This document shows, piece after piece, positions 9,985 through 20,774 of a stretch of DNA of 64,000 nucleotides; position 1 is the stretch's first letter; each line of letters opens with the position of its first letter. The DNA lies in contig DASYZL010000006.1 of NCBI GenBank assembly GCA_035946335.1, positions 1,772 through 65,771 of the forward strand. Reading direction: 5' to 3'. Origin of the DNA: Patescibacteria group bacterium (GTDB taxonomy: Bacteria > Patescibacteriota > Microgenomatia > Levybacterales > UBA12049). A program made the position numbers and the translations under genes. The notes beneath the pieces are model-generated. The model ran no database searches. It was not told the origin of the DNA and saw only the letters and a program-made list of their open reading frames with translations.

Positions 9985-11199
9985 TTAGTCTACAAACGTG
10001 AGAGCGGTTCCTCTTTTACCAGCCCGCCCGGTTCTTCCTATTCTGTGAATATAATCCTCGTAAGAAGCAGGAGCATCGTAATTAATAACATGAGTAACAT
10101 TCTCAATATCAAGGCCTCGTGAAACAACGTCTGTTGCTAACAGCACTTGAATCTCATTACTTTTAAATTGTTGCAAAGCCCGTTGTCTCTGGTTTTGTGT
10201 TTTATTTCCATGAATCGCAGCTGCATGAAATCCCCGGGAAATAAGTTCGTTTGCTAGTTTCTGTACTCCCCATTTCGTTCTTCCAAAAATGAGCACCTTG
10301 TCAAACCCTGTTTGTATCAAAAGATCGTGAAGCACGTTTATTTTTGTTTTGCCACCAGTTACCTTGATGATATCCTGATCAATAGTAGCCGATGTATCCT
10401 GCTGCTTCACAGAAATTGTTATGGGATCTGTTACAAAACTTCTTAAGATTTCCTGTGTTTTTGTATCAACGGTTGCAGAAAAGAATAATGATTGTCGAGT
10501 TTTAGGAAGAAGTGAAATGAGAAATTTGATATCTTTAATAAATCCGATATCTACCATTCTATCTACCTCATCAAGAACAACATTTTGAAAAAGCCCTACA
10601 TTGAGATCTTTTCGAATGAGTAAATCTTTTAATCTTCCTGGGGTACCTATGACAAAATGCGGCTTATGGTGCAGTGCATATGTTTGCTTTTTGATATTTG
10701 ATCCTCCTACAAGCGCAGCAGCTTCCAAATCTGTTCCTTTTGCAAAGACGCGAAATTCGTCCGTAATCTGCAGCGCAAGTTCACGGGTTGGAGTAACAAT
10801 CAATACTCGTTGATTCCTGTCAAGATATGCTTTGTTAATCAGGGCAATAAGAAAGGCAGCGGTTTTACCGGTTCCTGTATTTGCAATACCGATAATATCC
10901 CTACCTGCTAAAATCTCAGGAATTGCTTTTTCCTGTATTGCTGTAGGGATTGTATATCCGTGTTCCTGGATATTGCGCTTGAGCTTGTCAACTATTGGGT
11001 AAGCTATAAAACTGCCGTTCGCAGCTTCATCCAACAGGGAAAGATTAGCATTTTCCCTCTCTTCTGCTTTTTTAACAAAAAGCTTGGTATCAAGCTTATC
11101 TGCGTGTTTAGCAAATCCTCGTTGGAATTTTTTCCTGGAGGAATAAAAACCACCTCCGTGTTTACCACGGTAAGCATTGTTTTGTTTCGGTTTATACAT
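9985..11199 (-). CDS. DEAD/DEAH-box RNA helicase (RhlE-like)
   Basis: PTAIQ, TGTGKT, PTRELA, TPGRL, DEVD, SAT, HRIGRTGRAG. Confidence 0.96.
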   Translation of the reverse strand: MYKPKQNNAYRGKHGGGFYSSRKKFQRGFAKHADKLDTKLFVKKAEERENANLSLLDEAANGSFIAYPIVDKLKRNIQEHGYTIPTAIQEKAIPEILAGRDIIGIANTGTGKTAAFLIALINKAYLDRNQRVLIVTPTRELALQITDEFRVFAKGTDLEAAALVGGSNIKKQTYALHHKPHFVIGTPGRLKDLLIRKDLNVGLFQNVVLDEVDRMVDIGFIKDIKFLISLLPKTRQSLFFSATVDTKTQEILRSFVTDPITISVKQQDTSATIDQDIIKVTGGKTKINVLHDLLIQTGFDKVLIFGRTKWGVQKLANELISRGFHAAAIHGNKTQNQRQRALQQFKSNEIQVLLATDVVSRGLDIENVTHVINYDAPASYEDYIHRIGRTGRAGKRGTALTFVD

Positions 11200-11203
11200 A
11201 ATA

Positions 11204-11458
11204 TTATCTTGCTTGAGGAATAGCTTCTTTTACGACGATTGAACGACCATTGATTTGCGAACCATTCAGTTTATTCATGGCTTCTTTAGCAATCTCAGGT
11301 GTTTCCATTTCAACAAATCCAAATCCTTTCCCTTGACCTGTATATCGATCAACAATAACCTTCGCAGAAAGTACTTTGCCAATTGTTGCAAAAAGTTCTT
11401 CAAGTTGTCCATTCGTTGTCCCATAATCGAGACTTCCTATAAATAATTTATTTGTCAT
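11204..11458 (-). CDS. RRM (RNP-1) RNA-binding protein
   Basis: KLFIGSL (RNP2), KGFGFVEM (RNP1); SD AGGAGG. Confidence 0.95.
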   Translation of the reverse strand: MTNKLFIGSLDYGTTNGQLEELFATIGKVLSAKVIVDRYTGQGKGFGFVEMETPEIAKEAMNKLNGSQINGRSIVVKEAIPQAR

Positions 11459-11644
11459 TTTTATCTCCTCCTTTCCCTTAAAATATAGTATTGATATTAC
11501 GCTCGTAGGTCTGCTTAGGTAATGAAGTTATTTTTATTTCGAAGAAGATACGTGGAAAAAATAGTATTAAGGTATCTTTTATCTTTTCTAAAAACTAAAT
11601 CAAATATAAGCAGATATACCAGCGTACTATCTGCAATCTACGTT

Positions 11645-11673
11645 ATCATAGCATATCTCTATCCGTAAGTCAA
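11645..11673 (-). promoter_or_regulatory. sigma70 promoter of the RRM-helicase operon
   Basis: TTGACT-17 nt-TATGAT with TG extension. Confidence 0.7.
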
Positions 11674-11701
11674 TAATGCTATAGGTCTATTTTGTGCTGC
11701 A

Positions 11702-12163
11702 TCAATCAATATGACCATCTAAATTGCAGTCGATTTCATTGATTAGCCAACCATATTTTGCTTTATGTAAGCGCACAGGAATATGATAATTTCCACCAGG
11801 AAAAACTGTCTCGACAATAACAGTTGCTGAAGAACTACTATCCAGATATGGTTTAAATATGTTTATTTTTTGTGGTATTCCCTCATTGCATAGCAACGTA
11901 TCTCCTGGAGTTGCCTTGAGCGTCTTTACAAACGTGCTGTCAAAAAAATCACCTGGATTTACAATACAGTGATCCAGTAATGAACCGTTTTGTAATCTCG
12001 AAGTTTTCATGCATTGAAAATATGAAGTATATACCGCGCGCATGAGTTCCTCGGGAGAAGAATATGCTCTTGAAACCACAGGTACTGTTTCTCTGAGATA
12101 CACCACGAGCATAGTAATAACGAACAGCAGTACACAAACAATGCTTACCGTGGTAACTCTCAT
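11702..12163 (-). CDS. membrane-anchored DUF3828/YbjP-like protein
   Basis: N-terminal TM; DTLLC..., C-terminal WLINEIDC. Confidence 0.5.
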   Translation of the reverse strand: MRVTTVSIVCVLLFVITMLVVYLRETVPVVSRAYSSPEELMRAVYTSYFQCMKTSRLQNGSLLDHCIVNPGDFFDSTFVKTLKATPGDTLLCNEGIPQKINIFKPYLDSSSSATVIVETVFPGGNYHIPVRLHKAKYGWLINEIDCNLDGHID

Positions 12164-12167
12164 ACGC

Positions 12168-15092
12168 TTACGGACAGACCCGGGCTTGTAACGTCACGGG
12201 AGATAATGGCTGTTGACTCATGTCAAGTGAACCGGTAAAAGGGTCTGCTTGTCCGTCAAGTGAGGTCAATTGCGGCAATCCAAATATATTTTCTGTCAGT
12301 TTTTCAGCTGATGGAAAACTATACATTGTGTGATCAATAAATCCGCGCTTGGCAAAGGGTGAAATAATAATTGCTGGCACTCGAAAACCATACATAATCT
12401 GGCCGTTTGAACCCTTCGGTGGAGCAACATGATCATAAAATCCACCAAAATCGTCCCATGTTAAAATAATAACTGTATTTGCCCAGAGCGCAGGATTACT
12501 CATGACCGCATTGATTTGTTGAACTGTCCAGTTTTCTCCCGTACAAATATTTGCCGGAGGGTGATCACTGACATTTGACGGCTCTACCAGCCAAGAAACA
12601 GCAGGAAGATTACCTGAAGATGCATCAACTGCAAACTGGGAATAGTTTACTACGTGTTGTTGCCATTGTGTTGTTTCCCGTATGTGTTTGATCGCGTCAT
12701 ATATTGACCAAATGTATCCGGATGTTCCCTGATCAGGTGCGTAGTACTTCCATGATAGAGAATGGGCATTGAGGAGGTCGCCAACCGTTTGAAAATTATC
12801 AAAACAGGGAAACACGTTTTGGATCGTTCCATTTGCATGACGCTCTTCTACGGTAGCATTTGCAGGTGAATCACATCCCCAGATACCTGCACTCGTAGGA
12901 TTTGCATCAACATCGTTATCCTGTCCAGCAATAGTAAAAAAGTGATTGGCAAAACTAGGTCCCAGAATTGTTGAAAAGAAATTATCATCCAGCGTAAAAT
13001 TTTGCGCATATTTCCAGTAATTCGATATATCTGATTGCAGAAGTTGAGAATCCGCTTCATCAGTTCCATTTTGCATGGCACCTCTAATTTGTGAGAATTT
13101 ATCCATCCTACCGTTATCATATGCCAGATGAGCTGAATTTGGAGAATGATCGATATCATTAAGTAAAGCTACAGGTTGATGATTCAGAGGATGTGACAGT
13201 CCGTTCGCGTCTTTATACGTTGTTGTTCCATTTGCCCCAGGAAAGGTGCCAAACATACTATCAAATGTCCGATTTTCTTTGTCCATAATAATGATGTGCT
13301 GTATTTTCCCTGCAACTGGAGTATTTGTGGGTGAAGGAAAAAAAGTTGGAGTAGGATTACCTGTAGGAGTTGGGGTGATAGAAGGAACAGTACCGTTACC
13401 CTGCTGCACGCTTATTTCCCGAAGGAAAAGATTATAATCAATGCCATCAACAACGCCGTCGTCGTTAATATCGGCTCCTGGAGATTGCGCTGTAGGAGGC
13501 TTTGTGCATGTTGGGGTTGTTTGCAAATCACCATAGCAACTCACAATTGCATTATAATCCAACAGGTCCAGTTGATCGTCATTGTCAATATCTCCGTTTA
13601 CCAGAGAAAGGGAAGGAAGGGTAATCGTTTGACCGGAAGTAATAGCGATGGTTCCGGGTTCCTGTTTTGAAAGAAATCCATCCATTTTCACTGTCACCGT
13701 GTATTGTCCTGAAGAAAGATTTGAAACGGAAAGAGAACCCTGGAAGTTTCCAGCAGACTGATTATACGAAACAGTCCCCTGCACTGGCATAGATGTACCT
13801 GCAGCAAGAAGGGTAACGATCACTGACCGTTGTTGATGGACAGGATTGGTATTCCCGCCACTATTTGCACTGACGCTATCACCACAATTTCCTAAACCAT
13901 GAGGACAAAGAGTGAGAGAAAGAGTTGTGGATCCTGTTGGAACAGGTGTCCCTGAGGAAGGAGTACTTGATGTGGGCGTTGGTGTTCCTGGGGGTGCTGA
14001 GGAAACCGTTGGCATTGGCGTACCTGCTGTCCCGGCAGACCCAAAAATTGTTGTATAAGCCTGTTTGGCAAGCGCTTCATTGTCAGCACCTATTTGATTG
14101 GTAGTCCCTGTCCAATTACTTGGTTCAAAATAGCTCAAACCTGCTGTATGAGATTGTAAGACAAAATTTGTCATTGCAGTGTTGTATGCCGGATAATCAC
14201 ATCGCCCACCCCACTCGTTGATTATCATACTTGCATGATGCGCATGGAGAAATGTTGCCTCCTGAGGTTTCGTGGTAGCTAACTCGCTTAAAGCCGTGGC
14301 ATTCGGTTCACCGCATTGTCCAGAATATAAATGCCTGTCAATAATGATATTTGTTTGAGTAAAGGGAAAAGGATTATATGGGTAGTTAGGATACTCAACC
14401 TTTAAAACATTAGGATTTCCTTTTTGCAACGCATCAAGCCACATCATATCATCGGCTTGAGGGTTTGGTTCTCCTGCATGGACACCTTCATTTCGAACAT
14501 CAAAAAATACCGCAGGATCATTCGCAAAAAGTGATGCCATACTCTGTAATGCTTGCGCGCCAACAGTCCCTTCATTGGTATTGATTCTGTTGGACATTTG
14601 ATCTTTGTTTAATTCTACGTATAGTCCCCGGGACTCAAGCGCTTTGACATAGGCTTTCACAAAATCCTGATAGTTCATATTTGCTGTAGGTACTGATGGA
14701 TTCGTCGTCCAATAGTCAGGGTGAAAACCGACACGAATCATATTAATTGGTACTTTTTGGAGGATTGCATCGACATAACTCATGTCTGTTGTATCTGTTT
14801 CATATTGTCCACTCGTGAATCCTGCTTTTTTCCCTTCTGCCCCTAATAAATAGACTTCACAACCAGTGGCATCAACCAATAAACCATTTTGGTCCAAATG
14901 CAGTTGTGCAAATGTGTAGGTTCCATCGGAGTTTTTTACTCTTCCTGTATGATTACAGTTTGTCATGGCTGCATATTGTTCTGTTTGCTGCTGTTGCAGG
15001 GAAAAAAGAACTGTTAGAGGTATAGTTACAGCAATAAAAAACGTTGCTAAACCGATATATTTTTTTCCACGCATAAAATGTCTCCTAAACAA
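12168..15092 (-). CDS. secreted multidomain protein: GH5-like glycoside hydrolase + beta-sandwich/dockerin + phosphoesterase (phospholipase C/acid phosphatase family)
   Basis: TM anchor; VRNEG and INEWGG; PT linkers; [13 protein letters not shown] and [13 protein letters not shown]; [37 protein letters not shown]. Confidence 0.85.
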   Translation of the reverse strand: MFRRHFMRGKKYIGLATFFIAVTIPLTVLFSLQQQQTEQYAAMTNCNHTGRVKNSDGTYTFAQLHLDQNGLLVDATGCEVYLLGAEGKKAGFTSGQYETDTTDMSYVDAILQKVPINMIRVGFHPDYWTTNPSVPTANMNYQDFVKAYVKALESRGLYVELNKDQMSNRINTNEGTVGAQALQSMASLFANDPAVFFDVRNEGVHAGEPNPQADDMMWLDALQKGNPNVLKVEYPNYPYNPFPFTQTNIIIDRHLYSGQCGEPNATALSELATTKPQEATFLHAHHASMIINEWGGRCDYPAYNTAMTNFVLQSHTAGLSYFEPSNWTGTTNQIGADNEALAKQAYTTIFGSAGTAGTPMPTVSSAPPGTPTPTSSTPSSGTPVPTGSTTLSLTLCPHGLGNCGDSVSANSGGNTNPVHQQRSVIVTLLAAGTSMPVQGTVSYNQSAGNFQGSLSVSNLSSGQYTVTVKMDGFLSKQEPGTIAITSGQTITLPSLSLVNGDIDNDDQLDLLDYNAIVSCYGDLQTTPTCTKPPTAQSPGADINDDGVVDGIDYNLFLREISVQQGNGTVPSITPTPTGNPTPTFFPSPTNTPVAGKIQHIIIMDKENRTFDSMFGTFPGANGTTTYKDANGLSHPLNHQPVALLNDIDHSPNSAHLAYDNGRMDKFSQIRGAMQNGTDEADSQLLQSDISNYWKYAQNFTLDDNFFSTILGPSFANHFFTIAGQDNDVDANPTSAGIWGCDSPANATVEERHANGTIQNVFPCFDNFQTVGDLLNAHSLSWKYYAPDQGTSGYIWSIYDAIKHIRETTQWQQHVVNYSQFAVDASSGNLPAVSWLVEPSNVSDHPPANICTGENWTVQQINAVMSNPALWANTVIILTWDDFGGFYDHVAPPKGSNGQIMYGFRVPAIIISPFAKRGFIDHTMYSFPSAEKLTENIFGLPQLTSLDGQADPFTGSLDMSQQPLSPVTLQARVCP

Positions 15093-15430
15093 AGGGCAAT
15101 AGATACTGCTTTAAGAGTAAACCAACAAAATAGAAAAAACAAGCAATCAAGTTATCATTATGATACATATCCATTGCTCAATAAATATTACTACTAAAAG
15201 ATATATTAGCTGTAGTATTTTAATAACCTGCCTCCTTTATACAACGGACTGATGAGTTTATATACTTTTCTCAAGCTACAATAATGTGCTCGAGTATAAC
15301 GGTAAAGTATCTATCATTGAAATAGTTGAACAAAAGGATTAAGACTATTTATAATTTATATACGTACGCCTTGACGATGTTCTATTTTCATTGTTTGCAC
15401 TAAGCTTTCTTTTGAGGTAAATCTAATCCA

Positions 15431-15507
15431 GGTCAAGTCATTTTTGACAAATTTTCGAGGCTAGATTGAAGTAAAATTGTACCTGGCATTCTTGGACGTT
15501 GTAAATA
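15431..15507 (+). repeat. degenerate LSR-tail/att repeat A
   Basis: GGTCAAGTCATTTTTGACAAATTTTCGAGGCTAGATTGAAG..CTGGCATTCTTGGACGTTGTA aligns with repeat B. Confidence 0.65.
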
Positions 15508-15530
15508 GACAACTGATAAAAGTTATATTA

Positions 15531-16128
15531 TTAAAATGATCCAGTCTTAACTTCCCCTGCGAACTTATAATTGGCGACTATGACTCCATTTGGTGCAATT
15601 TTTCCTTCAACCATTTGAAGCGCAGATGGAACTGTTCCTTCTGCAAATAAACGCTTACCTCTTCCAAGCGTTAGTGGATATATTTTAAGCCAAAGCTCAT
15701 CTACCAAGTTGTTTTTCAAAAGAGTCTGGATAAGATTTCCGCTCCCATGTACTTGTAACTCGGGGCCATCTTTTGCTTTGAGTTTTTTAATCTGATCAAC
15801 AACATTATCTTTTACTATAATTGTCTTTTCCCAATCGTATGCATGGTCAGAACTTGAGACCACATATTTTGTTGCCTTATTAATACTTTCGCCTTCTTCT
15901 GGGTGATCAGGCCAAATAAGATTTAAAAATCTCATAAGTCTTTCTTCCAAGAAGCAAATCGAAAGGATGACCCATTTGTTCTGTCATGACCTTACCCATA
16001 AAATCATCAAAATAAGGGAATTGCCAACCACCGTATTTGAAGTCTCCACTTATATCTTCCTTTGGTCCACCAGGTGCCTGCATAACACCGTCTAAAGTGA
16101 TAAAAGAGAGAACAATAATTTTTCTCAT
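15531..16128 (-). pseudogene. RibD-C/dihydrofolate reductase family protein, frameshifted
   Basis: two ORFs (ITLDGVMQAPGG..LLLGRKTYE and QVHGSGNL..LVDEL..GRGKRLF) joined if one T is removed near 15915. Confidence 0.8.
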
Positions 16129-16229
16129 AAAAATTATTTTAATATTAAAGAGCTTATGAAAGCTAGTGTCTGAATTTTTATTTTTTTCTGCCTATTGCGT
16201 TTTAAACATTTATATGGAATAATCATCTC

Positions 16230-16652
16230 ATGGCAAAGATGAATCCAGTTGTGCATTTTGAAATGCCGGCTAAAGATAAAAAAAGAGTATCTGAATTTTA
16301 TTCTAAAGTTTTTGGTTGGCAGATGCATCAACTCGGTGCCAAGATGGGAAATTACCTTCTAGCTCAAACTACAGACACTGATGAAAATATGATGCCTAAA
16401 ACACCAGGAGCAATCAATGGTGGTTTTTTTGATTATCAAAAAAAGAAAGGCTTTAACATCCCTCACTTAGTAATATCTGTTGATAATTTAGAAGAAGCAA
16501 TGAAAAAAGTAGAGGAAGCTGGAGGCAAAATACTTGGTGGTGTCTCTGGTCCTGGAAAAATCGATGATATTCCTGGAGTTGGTCGCTACGTTTCTTTTGT
16601 AGACTCAGAAGGTAATCACGTTGGCATGCTTCAACCAGTTCCGAGAAAATAA
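16230..16652 (+). CDS. VOC/glyoxalase family protein
   Basis: VVHFE, FYSKVFGW, GAINGG, DSEGNHVG. Confidence 0.92.
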   Translation: MAKMNPVVHFEMPAKDKKRVSEFYSKVFGWQMHQLGAKMGNYLLAQTTDTDENMMPKTPGAINGGFFDYQKKKGFNIPHLVISVDNLEEAMKKVEEAGGKILGGVSGPGKIDDIPGVGRYVSFVDSEGNHVGMLQPVPRK

Positions 16653-16690
16653 TTATTAGCTACATTCTACGAGATTTTTTCGATTATCAG

Positions 16691-16775
16691 TTCGAGCCCA
16701 AACTTGGTCAAGGCATTTTTAAGATTTTTTGAGGCTAAAATGAAGCTGGCAATCCTGAATGCTGTAGTAATTTTC
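16691..16775 (+). repeat. degenerate LSR-tail/att repeat B
   Basis: TTCGAGCCC..GGTCAAGGCATTTTT..TTTGAGGCTAA..GCTGGCAATCCTGAATGCTGTA. Confidence 0.65.
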
Positions 16776-16803
16776 TCTGTTAAAACCTTGTACTACTCTA
16801 TAT

Positions 16804-17190
16804 CTATATAATTTTTATAGTTTCAACATTATGCTGTTTATCATCAGCAAATTCATATAATAATGCATTTGAAATAGTAGACTTATTGAATACCGCATGA
16901 GGTAAATATGGAGGCATTATGAAAATGGTCAGATTATCGCTAATGAGCATAGTTTCTTCATGTTTTCCTTTTTTATCCAACCAATAGAGCACTAAGTCTT
17001 TATTTGTTGCTATAAATGCTTCTTGCCTTGGGTGCTTATGGTTTCCCCCTACTTCTTGAGGAGGAATTGAAACTAAAGATTGTTCTACTAAATTAAATTC
17101 ACTCGGGAGAAGAGAGGTATCTATGTGGAGTACCCATAAACCATTCTCTTTTTTATAGGAAGGAGCAATAATAATTCTTTGAATTTCCAC
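16804..17190 (-). CDS. cupin protein (WxcM/FdtA-like)
   Basis: GGNHKHPRQE, MPPYLPHAV cupin motifs. Confidence 0.75.
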   Translation of the reverse strand: MEIQRIIIAPSYKKENGLWVLHIDTSLLPSEFNLVEQSLVSIPPQEVGGNHKHPRQEAFIATNKDLVLYWLDKKGKHEETMLISDNLTIFIMPPYLPHAVFNKSTISNALLYEFADDKQHNVETIKII

Positions 17191-17210
17191 ATTGGAAGTA
17201 TACTAAAAAG

Positions 17211-17285
17211 TTCTGACAAAGTACATTGAGTACAACGTAAACAGAATTGTCGGACATGGATAGTATTCGAACTTTTTGGATACAA
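17211..17285 (+). repeat. degenerate LSR-tail/att repeat C
   Basis: TTGTCGGACATGGATAGTATTCGAACTTTTTGG, similar to repeat D. Confidence 0.7.
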
Positions 17286-17356
17286 AATACTGAAAGTTTC
17301 TATGTTTCTATATCCCTAACTATATGTTCTAATAATTATTGAAGTATATTTTTAAC

Positions 17357-18073
17357 TTATTTTAAGATCAACAGTATCCCTGATAAAATCAAAATTATAA
17401 AAACAACTTTTCTGAATATCTCCTCTGAAGATTTAATATGCAATTTATGGCCTAACCAATTGCTTAAAATTAAAACAGGAAAACAAATAACAAATAGAAA
17501 CAATACTTGTCTTGTTATTAAACCATGAATAGCAAATAAAGGAATTTGTATGACCCCATTGAAAAGAAAAAAGATTAAACTGGTAGACCTAAAAAGATTT
17601 TTGTCCTTAAAAACACTTGATAAATAAAGAATAATAGGTGCCCCACCAACTGCAAATATAGCTGATAATATTCCACTTAATATGCCCGTAATAAAACCCA
17701 AAAGAATATTCGGAAGAATTGAAATCTTTTTATCTACGAAAAATATGATGACTGAAGAGACAGGAATAACAATGCCAAGTATTTTTACTAAAACAATATT
17801 TGAATCTAATACAAGAAAATGAACCCCAATAATTCCTCCTACTAAATTACCTAGTATCAATGGTATAAGTACCCAATACTGTATATTTTTGTAAAAAGTT
17901 TTTATGAGAAGTGCATTACTTGAAAAACCAAGGAGATTTACAAATGGAGAAATTGTTGTTAATGGATATAATAAGACAAGCAAAGGAACTGCAACTATTC
18001 CACCACCAAACCCTGCAAAAGCGTTAACAATAAATGCCAGAAAAATAATGACTGCGCTAATTAACATTAACAC
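17357..18073 (-). CDS. TSUP (TauE/SafE) family transporter
   Basis: AGFGGG..VP, VGGAP motifs; about 8 TM. Confidence 0.88.
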   Translation of the reverse strand: MLMLISAVIIFLAFIVNAFAGFGGGIVAVPLLVLLYPLTTISPFVNLLGFSSNALLIKTFYKNIQYWVLIPLILGNLVGGIIGVHFLVLDSNIVLVKILGIVIPVSSVIIFFVDKKISILPNILLGFITGILSGILSAIFAVGGAPIILYLSSVFKDKNLFRSTSLIFFLFNGVIQIPLFAIHGLITRQVLFLFVICFPVLILSNWLGHKLHIKSSEEIFRKVVFIILILSGILLILK

Positions 18074-18090
18074 AAACTAATTGTAGCAGC

Positions 18091-18186
18091 TTCGAATCCA
18101 AGTTTGGAGAAGTATAGTTTGATATAGTTATTTGAGACTAACTGAGTTTGCTGGCGGACATAGACACTATTCGAACTTTTTGGCAA
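18091..18186 (+). repeat. degenerate LSR-tail/att repeat D
   Basis: TTCGAATCC..TTTGAGACTAA..TTGCTGGCGGACATAGACACTATTCGAACTTTTTGG. Confidence 0.7.
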
Positions 18187-18240
18187 ACAACACAGGAACG
18201 ATTTTATATTCCAATTTATAGTTAACATTCATTCTCCTGC

Positions 18241-18288
18241 TTGACACAATTTAATTGTTAATAAATAATATCCTCAGGGGGAGGATAT
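18241..18288 (+). promoter_or_regulatory. csoR promoter with CsoR/RcnR-type operator
   Basis: TTGACA-17-AATAAT; inverted repeat ATATCCTC-AGGGG-GAGGATAT (G-tract centre) at 18268-18288. Confidence 0.75.
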
Positions 18289-18558
18289 ATGGCATACAGA
18301 CCAAAAGACACACAAGAAAGAATACTGCATCGTCTCAAAATAGCAAAAGGACATTTAGAGAAAGTTATTAAGATGGTTGAAGATGATACATATTGTATTG
18401 ATGTGCTGCAACAGCTCTCAGCAGTAGATAGTGGACTTGAGGAAACAGCCAATGTACTTCTTGAACATCATTTACGAACATGTGCTTCTGAAAAGATGAA
18501 AAAAGGTAAAACAGATGAAGCAATTGAAGAAATAATGACAGTATTCAAGAAAAAATAA
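18289..18558 (+). CDS. csoR: CsoR-family metal-sensing repressor
   Basis: RLKIAKGHL, YCIDVLQQLSAV, HHLRTC (C-H-C ligands). Confidence 0.92.
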   Translation: MAYRPKDTQERILHRLKIAKGHLEKVIKMVEDDTYCIDVLQQLSAVDSGLEETANVLLEHHLRTCASEKMKKGKTDEAIEEIMTVFKKK

Positions 18559-19722
18559 ATGAACTTATTCCATAACATTCTTATGTCTTTTCTCATGGCT
18601 TTTTACATGCTGTGGGATGTCCTCTGGCCTCTTATATTAGGCTTTGCTCTTTCTGGCGTGGTGCAAGCAGTTGTATCGCATGCAAAAATGGCTGAAACAC
18701 TTGGAGATGATTCTCCCAAAAGTGTTACGCTCGCAACCCTATTTGGGATTGCATCAAGTTCTTGTTCATACGCCGCTATTGCTCTAGCACGATCTATTTT
18801 TCGTAAAGGTGCAAGTTTTTCCAATGCGATGGTTTTTGAACTTTCTTCAACAAACTTAGTTATTGAGCTAGGAGTAATTCTTTGGGTATTTATGGGATGG
18901 CAATTTGTCGCAGCAGAGTTTACAGGAGGGATTATTATGGTTATACTTCTTGCCCTTATTTTTCGTTTTACTTTATCAAGAAAATTAGTGAAAGAGGCCA
19001 GAAGACAAGCAGAAAAGAATGTAATGGGCAAAATGGAGGGCCACGCAGGGATGGATATGAGTCTGACAGAAGGAACCATTTGGTCACGGTTACTTAGCAA
19101 AAAAGGCTTTACCGCAATTAGTCATTTTTTCATTATGGATGTTGCCTCAATTTGGACAGATATTCTTATTGGCTTTGGTATTGCAGGAATACTTGCAGTA
19201 TTTGTGCCAGAGTCATTCTGGCAAGCATTTTTCTTTACCAATCATCCAACCCTTGCATACATTGAAGGACCCTTGGTTGGACCACTTGTAGCCATGCTTT
19301 CGTTCGTTTGTTCTGTGGGAAATATTCCGCTCGCAGCAGTATTATGGAAAGGTGGCATTAGTTTTGGAGGAGTTGTCAGCTTTATCTTTGCAGACCTTAT
19401 TGTTCTGCCAATACTCAACATTTATAGGAAGTATTATGGATGGAAGATGATGGCATATATTTTAGTTACTTTTTATGCAACAATGGCAGCGGCAGGATAT
19501 ATTATTGAGTTTCTTTTTGCTGTACTCCACATTATTCCAACAAATAGAAATGTTGTTATGATAAGCTCGGGCATTTCTTGGAATTATACAAGTATTCTTA
19601 ACATCGCCTTCTTGTTGATTGCTGGTATATTGACGATAAGATTTTTACGCACAGGCGGCCCAGCAATGCTTAAAATGATGGAGATGGACCCAAAAGATAT
19701 GAAGGACTGTTGTAAAGTATAA
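18559..19722 (+). CDS. predicted metal permease (DUF318/ArsP-like)
   Basis: SSSCSYAA, FVCSVGNIP; multi-TM. Confidence 0.85.
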   Translation: MNLFHNILMSFLMAFYMLWDVLWPLILGFALSGVVQAVVSHAKMAETLGDDSPKSVTLATLFGIASSSCSYAAIALARSIFRKGASFSNAMVFELSSTNLVIELGVILWVFMGWQFVAAEFTGGIIMVILLALIFRFTLSRKLVKEARRQAEKNVMGKMEGHAGMDMSLTEGTIWSRLLSKKGFTAISHFFIMDVASIWTDILIGFGIAGILAVFVPESFWQAFFFTNHPTLAYIEGPLVGPLVAMLSFVCSVGNIPLAAVLWKGGISFGGVVSFIFADLIVLPILNIYRKYYGWKMMAYILVTFYATMAAAGYIIEFLFAVLHIIPTNRNVVMISSGISWNYTSILNIAFLLIAGILTIRFLRTGGPAMLKMMEMDPKDMKDCCKV

Positions 19723-19724
19723 AT

Positions 19725-20774
19725 ATGGGAAACACAAATTTATTTGCTATCTTTCTTACAGGTCTTATTACAGGTGGACTCACCTGCATGGCTGTACAGG
19801 GTGGACTATTAGCAGCTACACTTGCACAATCTGAAGAAGAAAGACTTGAAGACAAGGCAAGAGGAGGGAACGCTCTTCCCATAGTGGCATTTCTTATAGC
19901 CAAACTGATTGCATATACTGCTCTTGGTTTTTTGCTTGGAATGTTAGGATCATTTTTTAACCTTTCCATTCAAACAAGGGTAATTTTAATGGTGGCAGTT
20001 GCTGTCTTTATGGTTGGGACAGCACTCAACATTCTGGAAGTCCATCCAATTTTTCGTTACTTTATTATTCAACCACCACGATTTTTAACAAGACTGGTCA
20101 GAAAACAATCAAAAAGTCAGGCAATGTTTGCTCCAGCGCTTCTTGGTGCATTTACAGTCTTTATTCCTTGTGGCACAACACAAGCAATGATGGCATTAGC
20201 CATTGCATCTGGTAAGCCTATTCTTGGTGCAGCAATTCTTTTTTCGTTTGTTCTTGGTACTTCACCTGTCTTTTTTATCCTTGGATATTTTGCAACAAAG
20301 TTGGGTGATATGTTTCAACAAGGCTTTATGCAACTTGCTGCTTTTGCAATTATTTTACTAGCAATTTTCAATATCAATAGCGCAATTGCATTAAGTGGTA
20401 GTAGTTGGACAATTGGGAGTGTTATAGGTAATGCAGCAACAAGTTTTTGGTGTACGGTGAGTTTTTGTTCACCTTCTTATTATCAAGCACAGCAGGCAGG
20501 CAATCCATTATCTGATGCAACAATTAACATAACTTCTGTTGGATATACGCCGTCTCTTTTTGCGGTCAAAGCAGGAAGCAAAGTGACACTTCACTTGCAA
20601 AATACCAATGGTGCAGGGTGCCAACAAGCATTTAACATACCGAGTCTTGGTATTCAGAAAATTGTCCCTGTTGGTTCATCTGATACGATTAGCTTTACTG
20701 CTCCAAGTCAACCACAGCAATTAGCTTTTGTGTGTAGCATGGGAATGTATAGAGGAGCAATTCAAGTCTTATGA
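19725..20774 (+). CDS. DsbD_2/TauE-like membrane protein with C-terminal cupredoxin domain
   Basis: TCMAVQGG, FIPCG, C-terminal FVCSMGMY. Confidence 0.85.
   Translation: MGNTNLFAIFLTGLITGGLTCMAVQGGLLAATLAQSEEERLEDKARGGNALPIVAFLIAKLIAYTALGFLLGMLGSFFNLSIQTRVILMVAVAVFMVGTALNILEVHPIFRYFIIQPPRFLTRLVRKQSKSQAMFAPALLGAFTVFIPCGTTQAMMALAIASGKPILGAAILFSFVLGTSPVFFILGYFATKLGDMFQQGFMQLAAFAIILLAIFNINSAIALSGSSWTIGSVIGNAATSFWCTVSFCSPSYYQAQQAGNPLSDATINITSVGYTPSLFAVKAGSKVTLHLQNTNGAGCQQAFNIPSLGIQKIVPVGSSDTISFTAPSQPQQLAFVCSMGMYRGAIQVL

Noticed and set aside
15100-15400. Exact left att end carrying a duplicated tRNA-Gln 3' end
   Set aside because: No convincing GCTGCCGAG-like copy found. GATGAGTTTATATACTTT near 15251 is only faintly att-like.
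15905-15935. Programmed frameshift in the DHFR-like gene
   Set aside because: No in-frame slippery heptamer or stimulatory structure; a simple indel explains it.
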